A program made the position numbers and the translations under genes. Below, one piece after another: positions 10,781-21,009 of a stretch of 64,000 nt of DNA. The notes under the pieces are model-generated. The model ran no database searches. It saw only the letters and a program-made list of their open reading frames with translations, and was not told the origin of the DNA. Origin of the DNA: Desulfomonilia bacterium. Its GTDB lineage: Bacteria; Desulfobacterota; Desulfomonilia; UBA1062. The stretch's first letter is position 1, and the number at the start of each line of letters is the position of its first letter. The stretch lies in NCBI GenBank assembly GCA_963664325.2, contig CAXXDQ010000007.1, positions 1 through 64,000 of the forward strand, given 5' to 3'.

Positions 10781-12184
10781 TTACAGTGTCTCGTCTGTAC
10801 TGACCCTGTCCGGGGAATTTTCCTCGGCCAGTGTTTCAAGCGTGCGCTTTTCATTATAGAAGAAAAGTATGATCATTGCCGCGGCCATAAGACCGAACGC
10901 AATAAGGGCCGCAAGCCTTACGCCGGTATTATGCTCAGGGCTTCTTCCGAGAAGCAGCAGAGACGGAAATACAAGCGGCGGAAGGGCGAGCGGTATCTTC
11001 ATGAAGAGACTGGAGGCGCCCATGAAAGAGGCTTCGCGCTGAACGCCGGTTCTTATGGAATCCGCCCGGATTATGTCGGCATTGATTGCGCCAGGCACTA
11101 TGCCTGTCGTCGCCGCGACTATGCTCTGAAGCACTATTATTGTCCATACCCATACCATCAGGGGAACCGGGACCTGTCTGGACATATATATCATTACATA
11201 TACGAGAGCCTGGATGAAGAATGCGAAGATTACCATCTTTTTCTTGCTGACCTTCGTTGCAGCCAGGTTTACAAAGAAGTACCAGACAAAACTGAGTGCG
11301 AACATGCTTGCTCCGAATATTCCCACCCAGGTCTCCTTAAGGCCTATGAGAACGGTCATGAAATATACTATGCCCAGTGTAAGGACGGCATCCGCCATCG
11401 AATAGACGGTATTGCTTGCAGTAAAGATCACGAAGTCTCTGTTGTGGAATGTCTTCTTAATGGATTGAATTGGCGTTTCGGGCGAGACATAACCCGTGCA
11501 GTAGCGCTTTTCGTCGACGAATATAACTGGAATGCAGAGCAGTACGAATCCGATCACGCTGTATATCGCCACGACTGACCTGAATGCGCTGACCGGAGAC
11601 ATGGCGAATGAAGTCTGGAAAATATCCTTCACATTATAGATAAGCGAACCGCCGACCAGAAAACCCAGGGCCCATGTGACGGATGTAACCGTGCAGAGCA
11701 GCATCCTGTCTTTCGATGTATGTCCAAGTTCGGGGATGAGGGCGCCATAGGGCATCCTGTAGACGGACATGAACAAGTTGAAAAGAACAACAGCGGAAAC
11801 CACCCATGCCACATTGAGCCTGCCGGGTGAGGACGAAGGCGGGCTGAATATGAGGTAGCAGATTATTGCCAGCGGCAGCGAGCTTATGAAAAGAAAGTAT
11901 CTTCTGCGTCCCATTTTCGATTTGCTCCTGTCCGACAGGGCTCCCATCAGAGGATCGAAAAAGAGTCCGACAGCCTGGGCCAGAAAGCCGCTTACGCCTA
12001 CAACCGTCATGCCGAAAACCGCCTCGCGTGTCACAAGCAGTGGGAATGCCGCTTCACCTGTTTCAGGGGGAATATAAAAATATGTGAGCAGTGTTGCAAC
12101 TGCAGAGAGAAGCGACCATCCGAACTGGCCAAGCGAATACATAACCATCTTCCATACGGGAATGCGCTCAGTAGTTTTCTGCAT
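10781..12184 (-). CDS. MFS glycoside-pentoside-hexuronide (GPH/MelB-like) sugar transporter
   Basis: FDPLMGALSDRSKSKMGRRR, PYGALIPEL; upstream of the alpha-glucosidase; GGAGG RBS before 12184. Confidence 0.88.
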   Translation of the reverse strand: MQKTTERIPVWKMVMYSLGQFGWSLLSAVATLLTYFYIPPETGEAAFPLLVTREAVFGMTVVGVSGFLAQAVGLFFDPLMGALSDRSKSKMGRRRYFLFISSLPLAIICYLIFSPPSSSPGRLNVAWVVSAVVLFNLFMSVYRMPYGALIPELGHTSKDRMLLCTVTSVTWALGFLVGGSLIYNVKDIFQTSFAMSPVSAFRSVVAIYSVIGFVLLCIPVIFVDEKRYCTGYVSPETPIQSIKKTFHNRDFVIFTASNTVYSMADAVLTLGIVYFMTVLIGLKETWVGIFGASMFALSFVWYFFVNLAATKVSKKKMVIFAFFIQALVYVMIYMSRQVPVPLMVWVWTIIVLQSIVAATTGIVPGAINADIIRADSIRTGVQREASFMGASSLFMKIPLALPPLVFPSLLLLGRSPEHNTGVRLAALIAFGLMAAAMIILFFYNEKRTLETLAEENSPDRVSTDETL

Positions 12185-12350
12185 ACTTTCAATAACCTCC
12201 GGGATCGATAATTTCACTAAAACTGGGGCTGCATCAGAGTTGAACAAATTTGCGCTTCAAGTCAATCCATACAACCTTTAAGGCCGTCTTCAAACAGGAA
12301 ATTTGTAAACACTGCAAATTAATCCCGGATAAAACGGTTTTTTATGGGCA

Positions 12351-12379
12351 TTGACATGCCGGGCAAGATGGCTTAAAAT
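12351..12379 (+). promoter_or_regulatory. Sigma70-type promoter for the 12437 gene
   Basis: TTGACA (12351-12356), 17-bp spacer, TAAAAT (12374-12379). Confidence 0.65.
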
Positions 12380-12436
12380 TTCATATTCAAAGTTGTAATG
12401 ATGTGCCCTTAAAATACAGGTAAACGAGGAGCTGTT

Positions 12437-15043
12437 ATGAAGATGAGGGACCTTTGTCTGGCGATTGCTGTTCTATGTATCCTTGCAGGCTGCAGCGGCG
12501 GGGGCAGCCAGTCCGATTTATCCGGGGATGAAGCCGGCGCAGAAAACACTACTGTCATGACACCGTATGATTTTGCCAACGGCTGTTACGCCCTGAAATC
12601 TGTTGCCAACAACAGCTTCATCATGTCTGCCGGCCCGGTTTATGATGCCACCGCACAGGACCTGTCCAAGGCCTCGGCCTTTTTCATGAAACCCTCCGGC
12701 CTTGGCACCTATCTGCTTTATGACAGGCTGGCCAGATATCTGAGTGTAGATGCAAACCAGAACGTGATACGGACAAGCACGCTCGATGAGAATACCATGT
12801 GGGAGCTTGTTTCTGTCGGCGGAGACCTGTTTGCGCTTAAGTCAGCTGGGGGGGGCAGGTCCAGGGGCAAGTGGCTTGCTGTTTCCGCCGATGACGGCCA
12901 GCTGTCGCTTTTAAGCGGCATGTCGGGGTCCTGCCAGTTCCGGCTTGAAGAGACATCCAACTGCAAATCCTACCCTGAGGCAGAGCTCAATGTCGACATA
13001 CTTGACAAGAACGGGAATCCGGTCCCACTTGAAAACGCAATGGCCAGGCCCGCTGTGGGTGATAATATCACCGGATTCGCCGACGTCCATGTGCACCTGA
13101 ACCACTTCCTTGCATCGGGCCAGACAACTTTTGTGGGCGAGACCTTCAACCCGCTTGGTATTCAGGAGGCGCTCAGGGACTGCAGCCCGCTCCATGGAAA
13201 GAACGGGACCACCGACATCCTGGGAATGGTTCAGTCGAACACCTTTGGCCCGCACAACACTGACGGCTGGCCGACCTTCTCGTTCTGGCCTTCATCCAAA
13301 TCGCAGACCCACCAGCAGGCCTACTACAAATGGATAGAGCGCGCCTGGCTCTCGGGCGAGCGCCTGATGGTGCAGGAGATGGTCAACGCGCAGATCCTCG
13401 CAATAGTCAAGAACACCCTGGTAAAGCCGCAGGTCGAGATACTGCCGCAGGACGACATATCAGTGGTCGACAGGCAGACAAGGAACATGTACGACATGCA
13501 GGACTACATAGACGCACAGTGCGGTGGACCTGGCAAGGGCTGGTTCAGGATATGCAAGAGTTCGACCGAGGCGCGCCAGGCCATAAGCCAGGGCAAGATG
13601 GCCGTTCTTCTGGCCATCGAGGTAGACTCGCTGTGCAACGTAGGCAAAGACTATTGTGAAGGTTATGATTCCTGCGATGAGGGCCGCAAAAACGATACAG
13701 AACTGGACAAGAAATTGAACGCCATCGAGTATCTCCTCGATAAGTATTATGATATGGGCATCCGCACGATCTTCCCGGTTCACGGCATCAACAACGGTTA
13801 CGGCGGTGCGTGGCTTTACGTCAACATGGTCTGGGACCTCGGCAACAAGATCATGCGCGGGAATTTCTACGATATCGAGCTCAGCCCCGACCCGAGGGTC
13901 ACATATAAGGAAACCGGTATCGAATACACGGCCGCGCAGCAGCAGCTGGTCGATTTTCTGAGTGGTATACAGGTGGACCTGCCGTATGCCCCTGAAATAC
14001 CGCCATACGATCCCAACAATCTCAAGGACATGGGATTCGCCCCCAAGGGCCATGCAAACGGGCAGGGACTCACAATGACCGGGGATTGGCTGATCAGGCA
14101 GCTTATTAAAAGAGGCTTCGTCGTCGAAGTCGACCACATGAGCAACAAGACGGTAAACGGCGCCCTTAAGATACTGTGGGATAACAAGTACCCCGGCATC
14201 GTCGCCACACACGGCGGCATCACCGACATCGAACCCCCAGACGTGGAGGGGGGTACCCACGAGCAGCTCGACATACCGCGCATGATAATGATAATGCAGC
14301 TGGGCGGGCTCTTCTCAGAACATCTAGCCGGACGGGCGCCTTCATACGCTGGCCCGGCCATGTACGGCAATGAATTCTGCTTCCTCGACTATCTCAGGTG
14401 CATGATCAATCTCAGCAACAGGAGTAAGGACAATCCAGGGGCTGTCGATGAGCTTAACAACGGGAATGATCCGAATGTGTCTATAAAAGGGTATTTCAGG
14501 TATCATGTCAGAAAAGTCATAAAAGACGGCAAAGAAGTGTACGAAGAGTACCCATACAAGGTCCCGACATCCTGGTACAATATGAACGACGACCCTGCCG
14601 ACGACCTCTGGTTAGGACAGCCCATGACGACCGACGTGAACGGTGCCTGCTCATTGCCGCAAGCGGACAAGACTGCAACCCAACCTGTAGTTGCCTATGA
14701 CCCAGACGGTTTCGGCGTTCTTTATCCGGGCCTCTACAATGAAAGCGCAGTCGATCCTTCCAAGGTGAGATTTAAGCGTCAGGTCACAGGGAAGCGCACG
14801 TTCGACATCAACAAGGAGGGCATGTCCCATTACGGCCTCATGCCCGACGAGATCAAGTTCAGGCAGGCCCAGGACCCGAACCTTAGGCTTGACTCATTCT
14901 TCAGCGGTGCCGAGGCCTACCTGCGCATGCTGGGCAGGGTGGAACGATACCAGAGTGACCCCAACTACCCGTCGCGCGACCCCAAGTACTGGAACCTCCA
15001 GAATTACGAAGACTGGTGGGGGTGGAAAGAGGAGAATCATTAA
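12437..15043 (+). CDS. Lipoprotein amidohydrolase (peptidase M19-like), sphingolipid ceramide N-deacylase-like, with N-terminal beta-trefoil-like domain
   Basis: Lipobox LAGC; GFADVHVH, YYKWIERAWLSGERLMV, EVDHMS, ATHG, HYGLMPD motifs recalled from the SCDase/membrane dipeptidase family. Confidence 0.7.
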   Translation: MKMRDLCLAIAVLCILAGCSGGGSQSDLSGDEAGAENTTVMTPYDFANGCYALKSVANNSFIMSAGPVYDATAQDLSKASAFFMKPSGLGTYLLYDRLARYLSVDANQNVIRTSTLDENTMWELVSVGGDLFALKSAGGGRSRGKWLAVSADDGQLSLLSGMSGSCQFRLEETSNCKSYPEAELNVDILDKNGNPVPLENAMARPAVGDNITGFADVHVHLNHFLASGQTTFVGETFNPLGIQEALRDCSPLHGKNGTTDILGMVQSNTFGPHNTDGWPTFSFWPSSKSQTHQQAYYKWIERAWLSGERLMVQEMVNAQILAIVKNTLVKPQVEILPQDDISVVDRQTRNMYDMQDYIDAQCGGPGKGWFRICKSSTEARQAISQGKMAVLLAIEVDSLCNVGKDYCEGYDSCDEGRKNDTELDKKLNAIEYLLDKYYDMGIRTIFPVHGINNGYGGAWLYVNMVWDLGNKIMRGNFYDIELSPDPRVTYKETGIEYTAAQQQLVDFLSGIQVDLPYAPEIPPYDPNNLKDMGFAPKGHANGQGLTMTGDWLIRQLIKRGFVVEVDHMSNKTVNGALKILWDNKYPGIVATHGGITDIEPPDVEGGTHEQLDIPRMIMIMQLGGLFSEHLAGRAPSYAGPAMYGNEFCFLDYLRCMINLSNRSKDNPGAVDELNNGNDPNVSIKGYFRYHVRKVIKDGKEVYEEYPYKVPTSWYNMNDDPADDLWLGQPMTTDVNGACSLPQADKTATQPVVAYDPDGFGVLYPGLYNESAVDPSKVRFKRQVTGKRTFDINKEGMSHYGLMPDEIKFRQAQDPNLRLDSFFSGAEAYLRMLGRVERYQSDPNYPSRDPKYWNLQNYEDWWGWKEENH

Positions 15044-15060
15044 GTCCCCTGTGAACAATT

Positions 15061-15086
15061 AAGCCCCCTTGTGACAAAGGGGGCTT
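15061..15086. terminator. Hairpin terminator between convergent genes
   Basis: AAGCCCCCTT-gtgaca-AAGGGGGCTT perfect 10-bp stem. Confidence 0.75.
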
Positions 15087-15113
15087 GCCCTTTACAGAGA
15101 GTCTGCCGCCATG

Positions 15114-16106
15114 TTATCGGATCACAATATTTGCAATTACTCCGAAATGATCAGAAATATGGCCGCCTTTAAAGGTTTCGTTTGCGCATGGTCTTGAATC
15201 AAGCAGTTCTGCATAACCGTTCACCATTATATAATCAATGGTGCGCCTGAACGTTTTTTCGTAAACGGCGCGAAGATGATCATAGAGACTGTCAAATCTT
15301 TTATCGAGATTCTCAGGATAATATTTGATGAGGTTTGCATTTGCCTCAGGGTCCCATGTAAAGCCTGGACCGCCCGGAATGGCTTCATGAAAGCCGTTCA
15401 GGCGCAGGCACTCCAGGTCCGGCCGGTCGGGTTCGGCGTTGAGATCACCCATCAGGATGACGGGGCTTCCGGCCGGGACTTTCTTCGTTAGCAGTTTTAT
15501 GGTGCCCCGTGCCTCCCTCATTTTCCAGCTGATGTCGCGGTTGATGGTTTTTATCACGCGGCCTAATTCTTTTCCGGAATATCCGTATGTCCTTTTAAGA
15601 AGGCCGGCACGTTCGATTGAATCCGGGCCTAATGTGGCGTGCCAGTGAGTCGTACAGACATAGACATCCTTGCCCTCCATGCTTATCCTGCACAGGATAG
15701 CCTGTGTCAGATCGCCGGTATGAACGGAAAAGCCCTGCCTTACAATTCCGGGCCCGGCAAGCTTTATGCGTCCTATGAATTCAAGGCCGAGCCCTTTTTT
15801 TGCCAGGACCACATCACCCTCGCGCAGGTTGACAGGGATTCCAAAACCGCCGAGTCGCAACCCTGAAACGCCCATATGCCAGATGCTGTCATAGCCGGTC
15901 CGTCTTGAAAGCTCATCGCAGTAACAGGGAAGGGGGTTGGCCTCGTTGATGCCTATTATGTCAGGCTTCAGCCTTTCAATCTCGGCAACGAGCCCTTCGA
16001 ATCTATTCAGCCTGGCCTCTTCAGGCTCAAAATAACCCATTCTTAAAAGGCCCCTGTAGGTGAGCCCGGACCAGGCATTGAGCGTCATGGCCTTTAATAA
16101 CGCCAT
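15114..16106 (-). CDS. Endonuclease/exonuclease/phosphatase (EEP) family hydrolase
   Basis: TLNAW, INE, TTHWH, MGDLN, IDYI, SDHFGV motifs. Confidence 0.9.
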   Translation of the reverse strand: MALLKAMTLNAWSGLTYRGLLRMGYFEPEEARLNRFEGLVAEIERLKPDIIGINEANPLPCYCDELSRRTGYDSIWHMGVSGLRLGGFGIPVNLREGDVVLAKKGLGLEFIGRIKLAGPGIVRQGFSVHTGDLTQAILCRISMEGKDVYVCTTHWHATLGPDSIERAGLLKRTYGYSGKELGRVIKTINRDISWKMREARGTIKLLTKKVPAGSPVILMGDLNAEPDRPDLECLRLNGFHEAIPGGPGFTWDPEANANLIKYYPENLDKRFDSLYDHLRAVYEKTFRRTIDYIMVNGYAELLDSRPCANETFKGGHISDHFGVIANIVIR

Positions 16107-16115
16107 TTCAAAATC

Positions 16116-17714
16116 CTATTTGTTCAGAAGATGAAAGGCCTTGCGGTTATTCGCATAGAGGTTTTTGAACACCTCGTAATTCTTCTCATAAACCGCCTTG
16201 TATTTGCTTCTCGGCTGGAAAACGGCCTTTACCGGGATCATCCTCTTGGCCTCGTCAAAGTCCTTGAAAATCTTCAGCCCCACTGCCGTAACGACGGCGG
16301 CACCCAGCGCGCCTGCGTTCTGTGGTTCCTCAATGATCTCGACGGTCTTTCCAGTAACGTCCGCCATGATCTGGCACCAGATATCCGACTTGGCTCCGCC
16401 GCCTGCAAATCTTATGGTATGCTGCCTGGGGACCCTTTTTTCCAGCGCGTCGAGGGTCCAGCGCTTGTGCATGGCGTCGCCTTCGAGCACAGAGCGGACC
16501 ATCATGCGCTTGCCTGTTTCCAGTCCCAGGTTAAAGAACATGGCCCTTGCATGCGGGTCCTCCTTCGGCGCACGGTTGCCGTGGAACCAGGGCGTGAATA
16601 TCACCCCGCCGGAACCCGGCTCGGTCTCGGAGATAATCTTGTTGAGGAAATCATAAAGACTTGCATACTCGCCTTCCTTTTCGCATACATGCTGCTTTTC
16701 AAGGTATATCCCGATCTCGTCCAGGGCCAGGTGATCACGCACCCATTTGAGGCACAGTCCCGAGGTCTCCTGCTCTCCGACGTAATTGTACCGCCCCGGA
16801 ATCGCCCCCAGGATCGATGCTATAAAGCTGTTCACATCCACCATGCGCTTGTCCACACATGAGCAGACCCAGCCCGACGTGCCAGCATATACGTGAGTGT
16901 CGTTCGTGGCGAGGCAACCAGCGCCGATGGAAATGAGCGAGACGTCACCGCCGCCCCCGAAGACAGGCGTTCCCGCCTTCAATCCCATTTCGGATGCGGC
17001 CGTTTCGGTAAGCCCGCCCACCCTGTCTGTTGAAATGACAACCGGCGGCAGGTGATCCATGTCCATGCCTATTTTTTTGCACAGGCCCTCATGCCAGGAA
17101 AGCTTTCCCGGCCTGGTGTCATAAAGGAAAGTTATGTGCGCAGAGTCCTGGGTCATTGCAAAACTGCCAGTGCAGCGCATGAGCAGGTAATCTTTGACAT
17201 CGAGCCATTTGTGCGTGGCAGCGAAAATATCAGGCTCATTCTCCCTGACCCACAGATATTTCCATATCGGGTCTTTCGCGGTGCCCGCAGCACCGCCCGT
17301 TATGCGCAGCCAGTTCAGAAGCATGAAGGCGTTTACCCCGGTTATCTTGAAAAGCCCGTAACCGACTGTATCCTCCATCTGTTTTTTCGCACGGGCATCC
17401 ATGTAGCCCATGGGGTTCCTCAGTGCACGGCCCGAACGGTCCACCATGACCGAACCCTGCATCTGGGAACAGAAGGATATCCCGGAGATCCGCTCCGGGA
17501 CAATCCCGGTTAGTCCCAGCACCTGCTTCGTCCCATCGCAAACAGCGTTCCACCAGTCATCCGCCACCTGCTCGGCCCCGCCGTCAGGCATGAGATAAAG
17601 CGGATACTCGACCAGCGAAGAATCCACCATCTCGATCTTTTCACCTATTTTGTAAATGCATGTCTTGCACGCAGTCGTCCCGATATCATAAGAAATCACA
17701 TATGCTTCAGCCAT
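16116..17714 (-). CDS. FGGY-family carbohydrate kinase (xylulokinase-like)
   Basis: SYDIGTT, GGGD, GTSGW, AGGGAKSDIWCQIMADVTG; RBS AGGAGG before MAEAY. Confidence 0.9.
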   Translation of the reverse strand: MAEAYVISYDIGTTACKTCIYKIGEKIEMVDSSLVEYPLYLMPDGGAEQVADDWWNAVCDGTKQVLGLTGIVPERISGISFCSQMQGSVMVDRSGRALRNPMGYMDARAKKQMEDTVGYGLFKITGVNAFMLLNWLRITGGAAGTAKDPIWKYLWVRENEPDIFAATHKWLDVKDYLLMRCTGSFAMTQDSAHITFLYDTRPGKLSWHEGLCKKIGMDMDHLPPVVISTDRVGGLTETAASEMGLKAGTPVFGGGGDVSLISIGAGCLATNDTHVYAGTSGWVCSCVDKRMVDVNSFIASILGAIPGRYNYVGEQETSGLCLKWVRDHLALDEIGIYLEKQHVCEKEGEYASLYDFLNKIISETEPGSGGVIFTPWFHGNRAPKEDPHARAMFFNLGLETGKRMMVRSVLEGDAMHKRWTLDALEKRVPRQHTIRFAGGGAKSDIWCQIMADVTGKTVEIIEEPQNAGALGAAVVTAVGLKIFKDFDEAKRMIPVKAVFQPRSKYKAVYEKNYEVFKNLYANNRKAFHLLNK

Positions 17715-17745
17715 TTGTCCCTCCTGATAATATTTAAGAAAAATC

Positions 17746-17870
17746 TCCCCTTCTCCCACCCATCTTCCCCTCAAGGGGAAGATGGCAGCAGATTTATTTA
17801 AATCCGCATTTTATGCGGATTTAAATAAATTGATAGCCCCCTCATGAGAACAGGAGGGGGATGGGGAAGT
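17746..17870. repeat. Intergenic cluster of three hairpins (REP/BIME-like)
   Basis: CCATCTTCCCC-tcaa-GGGGAAGATGG (17760-17785); perfect 18-bp inverted repeat at 17792-17830; CCCCCTC..GAGGGGG (17837-17860). Confidence 0.7.
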
Positions 17871-17885
17871 TCGATCTCTTGCCTG

Positions 17886-19379
17886 CTATTTAACTTCTTC
17901 AATGTCTTTAAGAACATCTTCAAAGCGTTCGAGCGCGTCGTCGATAACCTGGTCGGTATCGGCCATTGAGGTGTAGAGTCTGCTCCCGGCCAGTGAGATG
18001 ATGCCTTTTGCCGAGAAGGCGGCGCCGAATTCTTCCATGATATGTTTGCGGACATTCACTTCGGTGAAGATTTTGGGGTTTGTTATTTCCATGAGCATTG
18101 CAGCGGATGTTTCAAGGTGGCAGATCGAACCGTGGTTGAATGCCACGAAGGGAAGCTTATGGCGTTTGATGATGTCATTGAGGCCGTCTGTAAGCCTGTC
18201 TCCGGCTTTTCCCGCCTTGATCGGCGCGTCGTGTTCCTTCATCATCCTGATTGCATGGTAGCCTGCCGCGCAGCTTAACGGGTTGGCCGAAAGGGTACCG
18301 CCCACCATTGCGCGTTTTTTCAGTCCCTGGAGTCCTGCGGCGAAGCATTCCATGATGTCGCGTCTGCCGCCCACCCCCCCCGCGGCGGGGTAGCCGCCTG
18401 CGACGCATTTGCCGAATATGGTCAGGTCGGGTTTGATGCCGAAGAAACCCTGCGCGCCGCCCATGCCAAGTCTGAAGCCGGTCACGACCTCATCGAAGAT
18501 GAGCAAAGCGCCGAACTCGTCGCAGAGGTCTCTGGCCTGTTTGTTGAAGTCGTGGATGACCGGTCTTGTACCGCTTTCGGGCCCCAGGGGTTCGAGGATG
18601 ACCGCCGCGGTTCCGCCTGCGTTTTCGTTGTTCTTGAGCAGGGTATGGAGCGCCTCTATATCGTTGGGATAGAATTCCTGTGTATCCTGGTAGGCCCCTG
18701 ATGGGATGCCGTGGGCTTCAAGGCCGCCGATGCCTGGGATTCGCATGCCGAAGACCATCTGGTCGCTCCAGCCGTGGTAGCCGCCGCCGTTTTTTATGAT
18801 CTTTGCCTTTCCCGTGAATGTGCGGGCTGCCCGTATGGCGGCCATTACGCTTTCAGTGCCTGATGCCAGCATTCTGAACATTTCGATGGAAGGCATGCAC
18901 TCGCTGATGAGTCTGGCGAGCCTGTATTCATATTCATGGAAAAGCCCGGTTACAGGGCCCGATTCCTTAATGACCCCGATCACCTTTTTCTGAAGAGGAG
19001 CGAAGTTGCTTCCGAGTACCGTGGGGCCGCCTGCCTGGAGGAAGTCTGTGTAGCGGTTGTTGTCGACATCCCACAGATAGGCGCCGTCAGCCTTTGTTAT
19101 GGCAAGAGGGAAGGGGTAGTTGAAGGCCAGGTTGTGCTGCACTCCGCCCGGGATGTATTCTTTTGCCTTATCGGTCATGGCCTTTGAACCGGCGCATTTT
19201 TCGTCGAAGAATTTCATGAAGGCGTTCATTTTATCGCGCCTGATATGGTAGAGGGGCATGCTGTTGGCCAGCTCCTTGAGCCTGTCAAGGATATCCCTTG
19301 TATCCGGCCACCTGGAGATTGCGTAATCCTTTCTGATAAGGGCCTTGTCACCGATACTGCTGTTTTTGTATGAGTCCAT
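17886..19379 (-). CDS. Class III PLP aminotransferase (glutamate-1-semialdehyde aminomutase-like)
   Basis: SGTE, YHG, LIFDEVVTGFR, PDLTIFGK, GGTLSANP motifs. Confidence 0.9.
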   Translation of the reverse strand: MDSYKNSSIGDKALIRKDYAISRWPDTRDILDRLKELANSMPLYHIRRDKMNAFMKFFDEKCAGSKAMTDKAKEYIPGGVQHNLAFNYPFPLAITKADGAYLWDVDNNRYTDFLQAGGPTVLGSNFAPLQKKVIGVIKESGPVTGLFHEYEYRLARLISECMPSIEMFRMLASGTESVMAAIRAARTFTGKAKIIKNGGGYHGWSDQMVFGMRIPGIGGLEAHGIPSGAYQDTQEFYPNDIEALHTLLKNNENAGGTAAVILEPLGPESGTRPVIHDFNKQARDLCDEFGALLIFDEVVTGFRLGMGGAQGFFGIKPDLTIFGKCVAGGYPAAGGVGGRRDIMECFAAGLQGLKKRAMVGGTLSANPLSCAAGYHAIRMMKEHDAPIKAGKAGDRLTDGLNDIIKRHKLPFVAFNHGSICHLETSAAMLMEITNPKIFTEVNVRKHIMEEFGAAFSAKGIISLAGSRLYTSMADTDQVIDDALERFEDVLKDIEEVK

Positions 19380-19500
19380 GCTTAACCTCCTTAAAAGATT
19401 ATGCCGATTTTTTTCTGGCTATCTCTTTGTACTGTCCGTCCATGAGTATTTAGATATTGTCGTAAGATCCCATGTTGTCCTCCATTTGCAAGCCGGGATG

Positions 19501-19522
19501 ACGGTGAATAACTATTCACCGT
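19501..19522. promoter_or_regulatory. Palindromic operator upstream of the aminotransferase operon
   Basis: ACGGTGAATA-ac-TATTCACCGT; next to a possible minus-strand promoter TTGAAC-17-TATATA (19550-19522). Confidence 0.6.
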
Positions 19523-19956
19523 ATATACAATGTGAAGGCTTAGTGTTCAAGAAGGATTTTATGTCTTGATCTAAAGTAACAATAATCCGCCGTTATTTAT
19601 ACAGTAAAACATTTTATCAATATCATATTTCATCAGGGCCTCTATCCGAATTACGATAAAAGACTTCTTTCAGACCTTGATTCGGAGCAGGAATTGTAAA
19701 GGCTCAAGGCCCGGCGCTGCGGTTTGTTGACATTATACTTGAAAAGAGCCCTGATTGCCTGATAATCGGGTTGATTGAATATATAACAAATCAGGTTGAC
19801 AACTTGGCAAAGATAAACAACCGGAACGGCAGCAGCTTTTCAGGATGATTTGCAGGAGCGGGAGCAGTAAGGCTGCCCAACAAATTTTAATATTGATAAT
19901 CGGTTTTAATTTATTAAACCGGCTCCCTTTTAAGGGACGGTTACAGAGAGGTTGAA

Positions 19957-20976
19957 ATGATCCGACATGATCACCTGTTCCGGGCGGCTTTATTGGTATG
20001 CCTGCTTGCAATACCAGGCTTGCCATCACCTGTGCAAGCCGCAGAGAATAGCGATGCCTGTGCGGCAATAGCTGACGATGCGGCCAGGCTTCGCTGTTAC
20101 GATGAAGCAAACGGACGCAATCCGGAGAAACCTGCGGGCACTGAGGGTGCTCCGGCTGCGCAGGCTCAGGCAAATAAAGAGCCGAGCTATCTGTCGAAAA
20201 AATGGCAGCTGGATGAGGAGAGCAGGAAAACCCCGTTTGCAATCGTTCCGCACAGGGCGAACTATTTTCTGGCGCTGGAGTACAACTTCAATCCGAACAG
20301 GGAGCCTTATGAAGAGGCCTATCCCAATTTTGACATGCAGAGCGCAGAAGTCAAATTTCAGCTCAGCCTGAAGGTGAAGCTCTGGGAAAGCATGCTCGGG
20401 TCGAAGACGGACCTGTGGTTCGGCTACACTCAGTTGAGCTTCTGGCAGCTGTACAACACGAGCGAGTCATGCCCTTTTCTCGAGACCAATTACGAGCCTG
20501 AGATACTGCTCAATTACAGGATGGATGCGGATATTTTCGGCCTGATCAGAAACCGTTTCATACAGGTGGGCTTTGATCACCAGTCCAACGGCCTTGGCGG
20601 GTCCCTTTCCCGCAGCTGGAACCGGATAGTGGCCAATTTCGGGTTCGAGCGCGGCCCCTTTGACATGGTCCTCAAGACATGGCTCCGCATCCCGGAGAAC
20701 GAGGACGATGACGACAACCCTGACATCCTTGCCTACCTGGGATACGGCGAGGTCCAGATGGGCTATCATTACAAGGACTGGGCTGTCGCCGCCATGTTCC
20801 GCAACAATCTGAGATTGGACAGCAACAGAAGCGGTCTCGAGCTCGACCTGAGCTTCCCCATGGTTAAATCCATAAACGGCTATGTGCAGTACTTTGTCGG
20901 ATACGGCCAGAGCCTCATCGACTATGACCACTTCGACAACAGCATCGGCATAGGCGTGCTGATAAAGGACTGGTAG
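19957..20976 (+). CDS. pldA: Outer membrane phospholipase A
   Basis: EVKFQLSLK, YTQLSFWQ, ETNYEPE, HQSNG, SRSWNR, GYGQSLIDY; signal peptide. Confidence 0.93.
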   Translation: MIRHDHLFRAALLVCLLAIPGLPSPVQAAENSDACAAIADDAARLRCYDEANGRNPEKPAGTEGAPAAQAQANKEPSYLSKKWQLDEESRKTPFAIVPHRANYFLALEYNFNPNREPYEEAYPNFDMQSAEVKFQLSLKVKLWESMLGSKTDLWFGYTQLSFWQLYNTSESCPFLETNYEPEILLNYRMDADIFGLIRNRFIQVGFDHQSNGLGGSLSRSWNRIVANFGFERGPFDMVLKTWLRIPENEDDDDNPDILAYLGYGEVQMGYHYKDWAVAAMFRNNLRLDSNRSGLELDLSFPMVKSINGYVQYFVGYGQSLIDYDHFDNSIGIGVLIKDW

Positions 20977-21009
20977 GTCAGGGTGATGACAGGCGGCAGG
21001 TCAAATGCC

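Noticed and set aside
17886-19379. Calling the aminotransferase hemL
   Set aside because: Long N-terminal extension and a sugar-kinase context with no hem genes; only the family is supported
19570-19950. Possible riboswitch or ncRNA in long intergenic regions (also 3000-3290 and 5700-6040)
   Set aside because: No recognisable consensus by eye; an Infernal/Rfam scan would be needed
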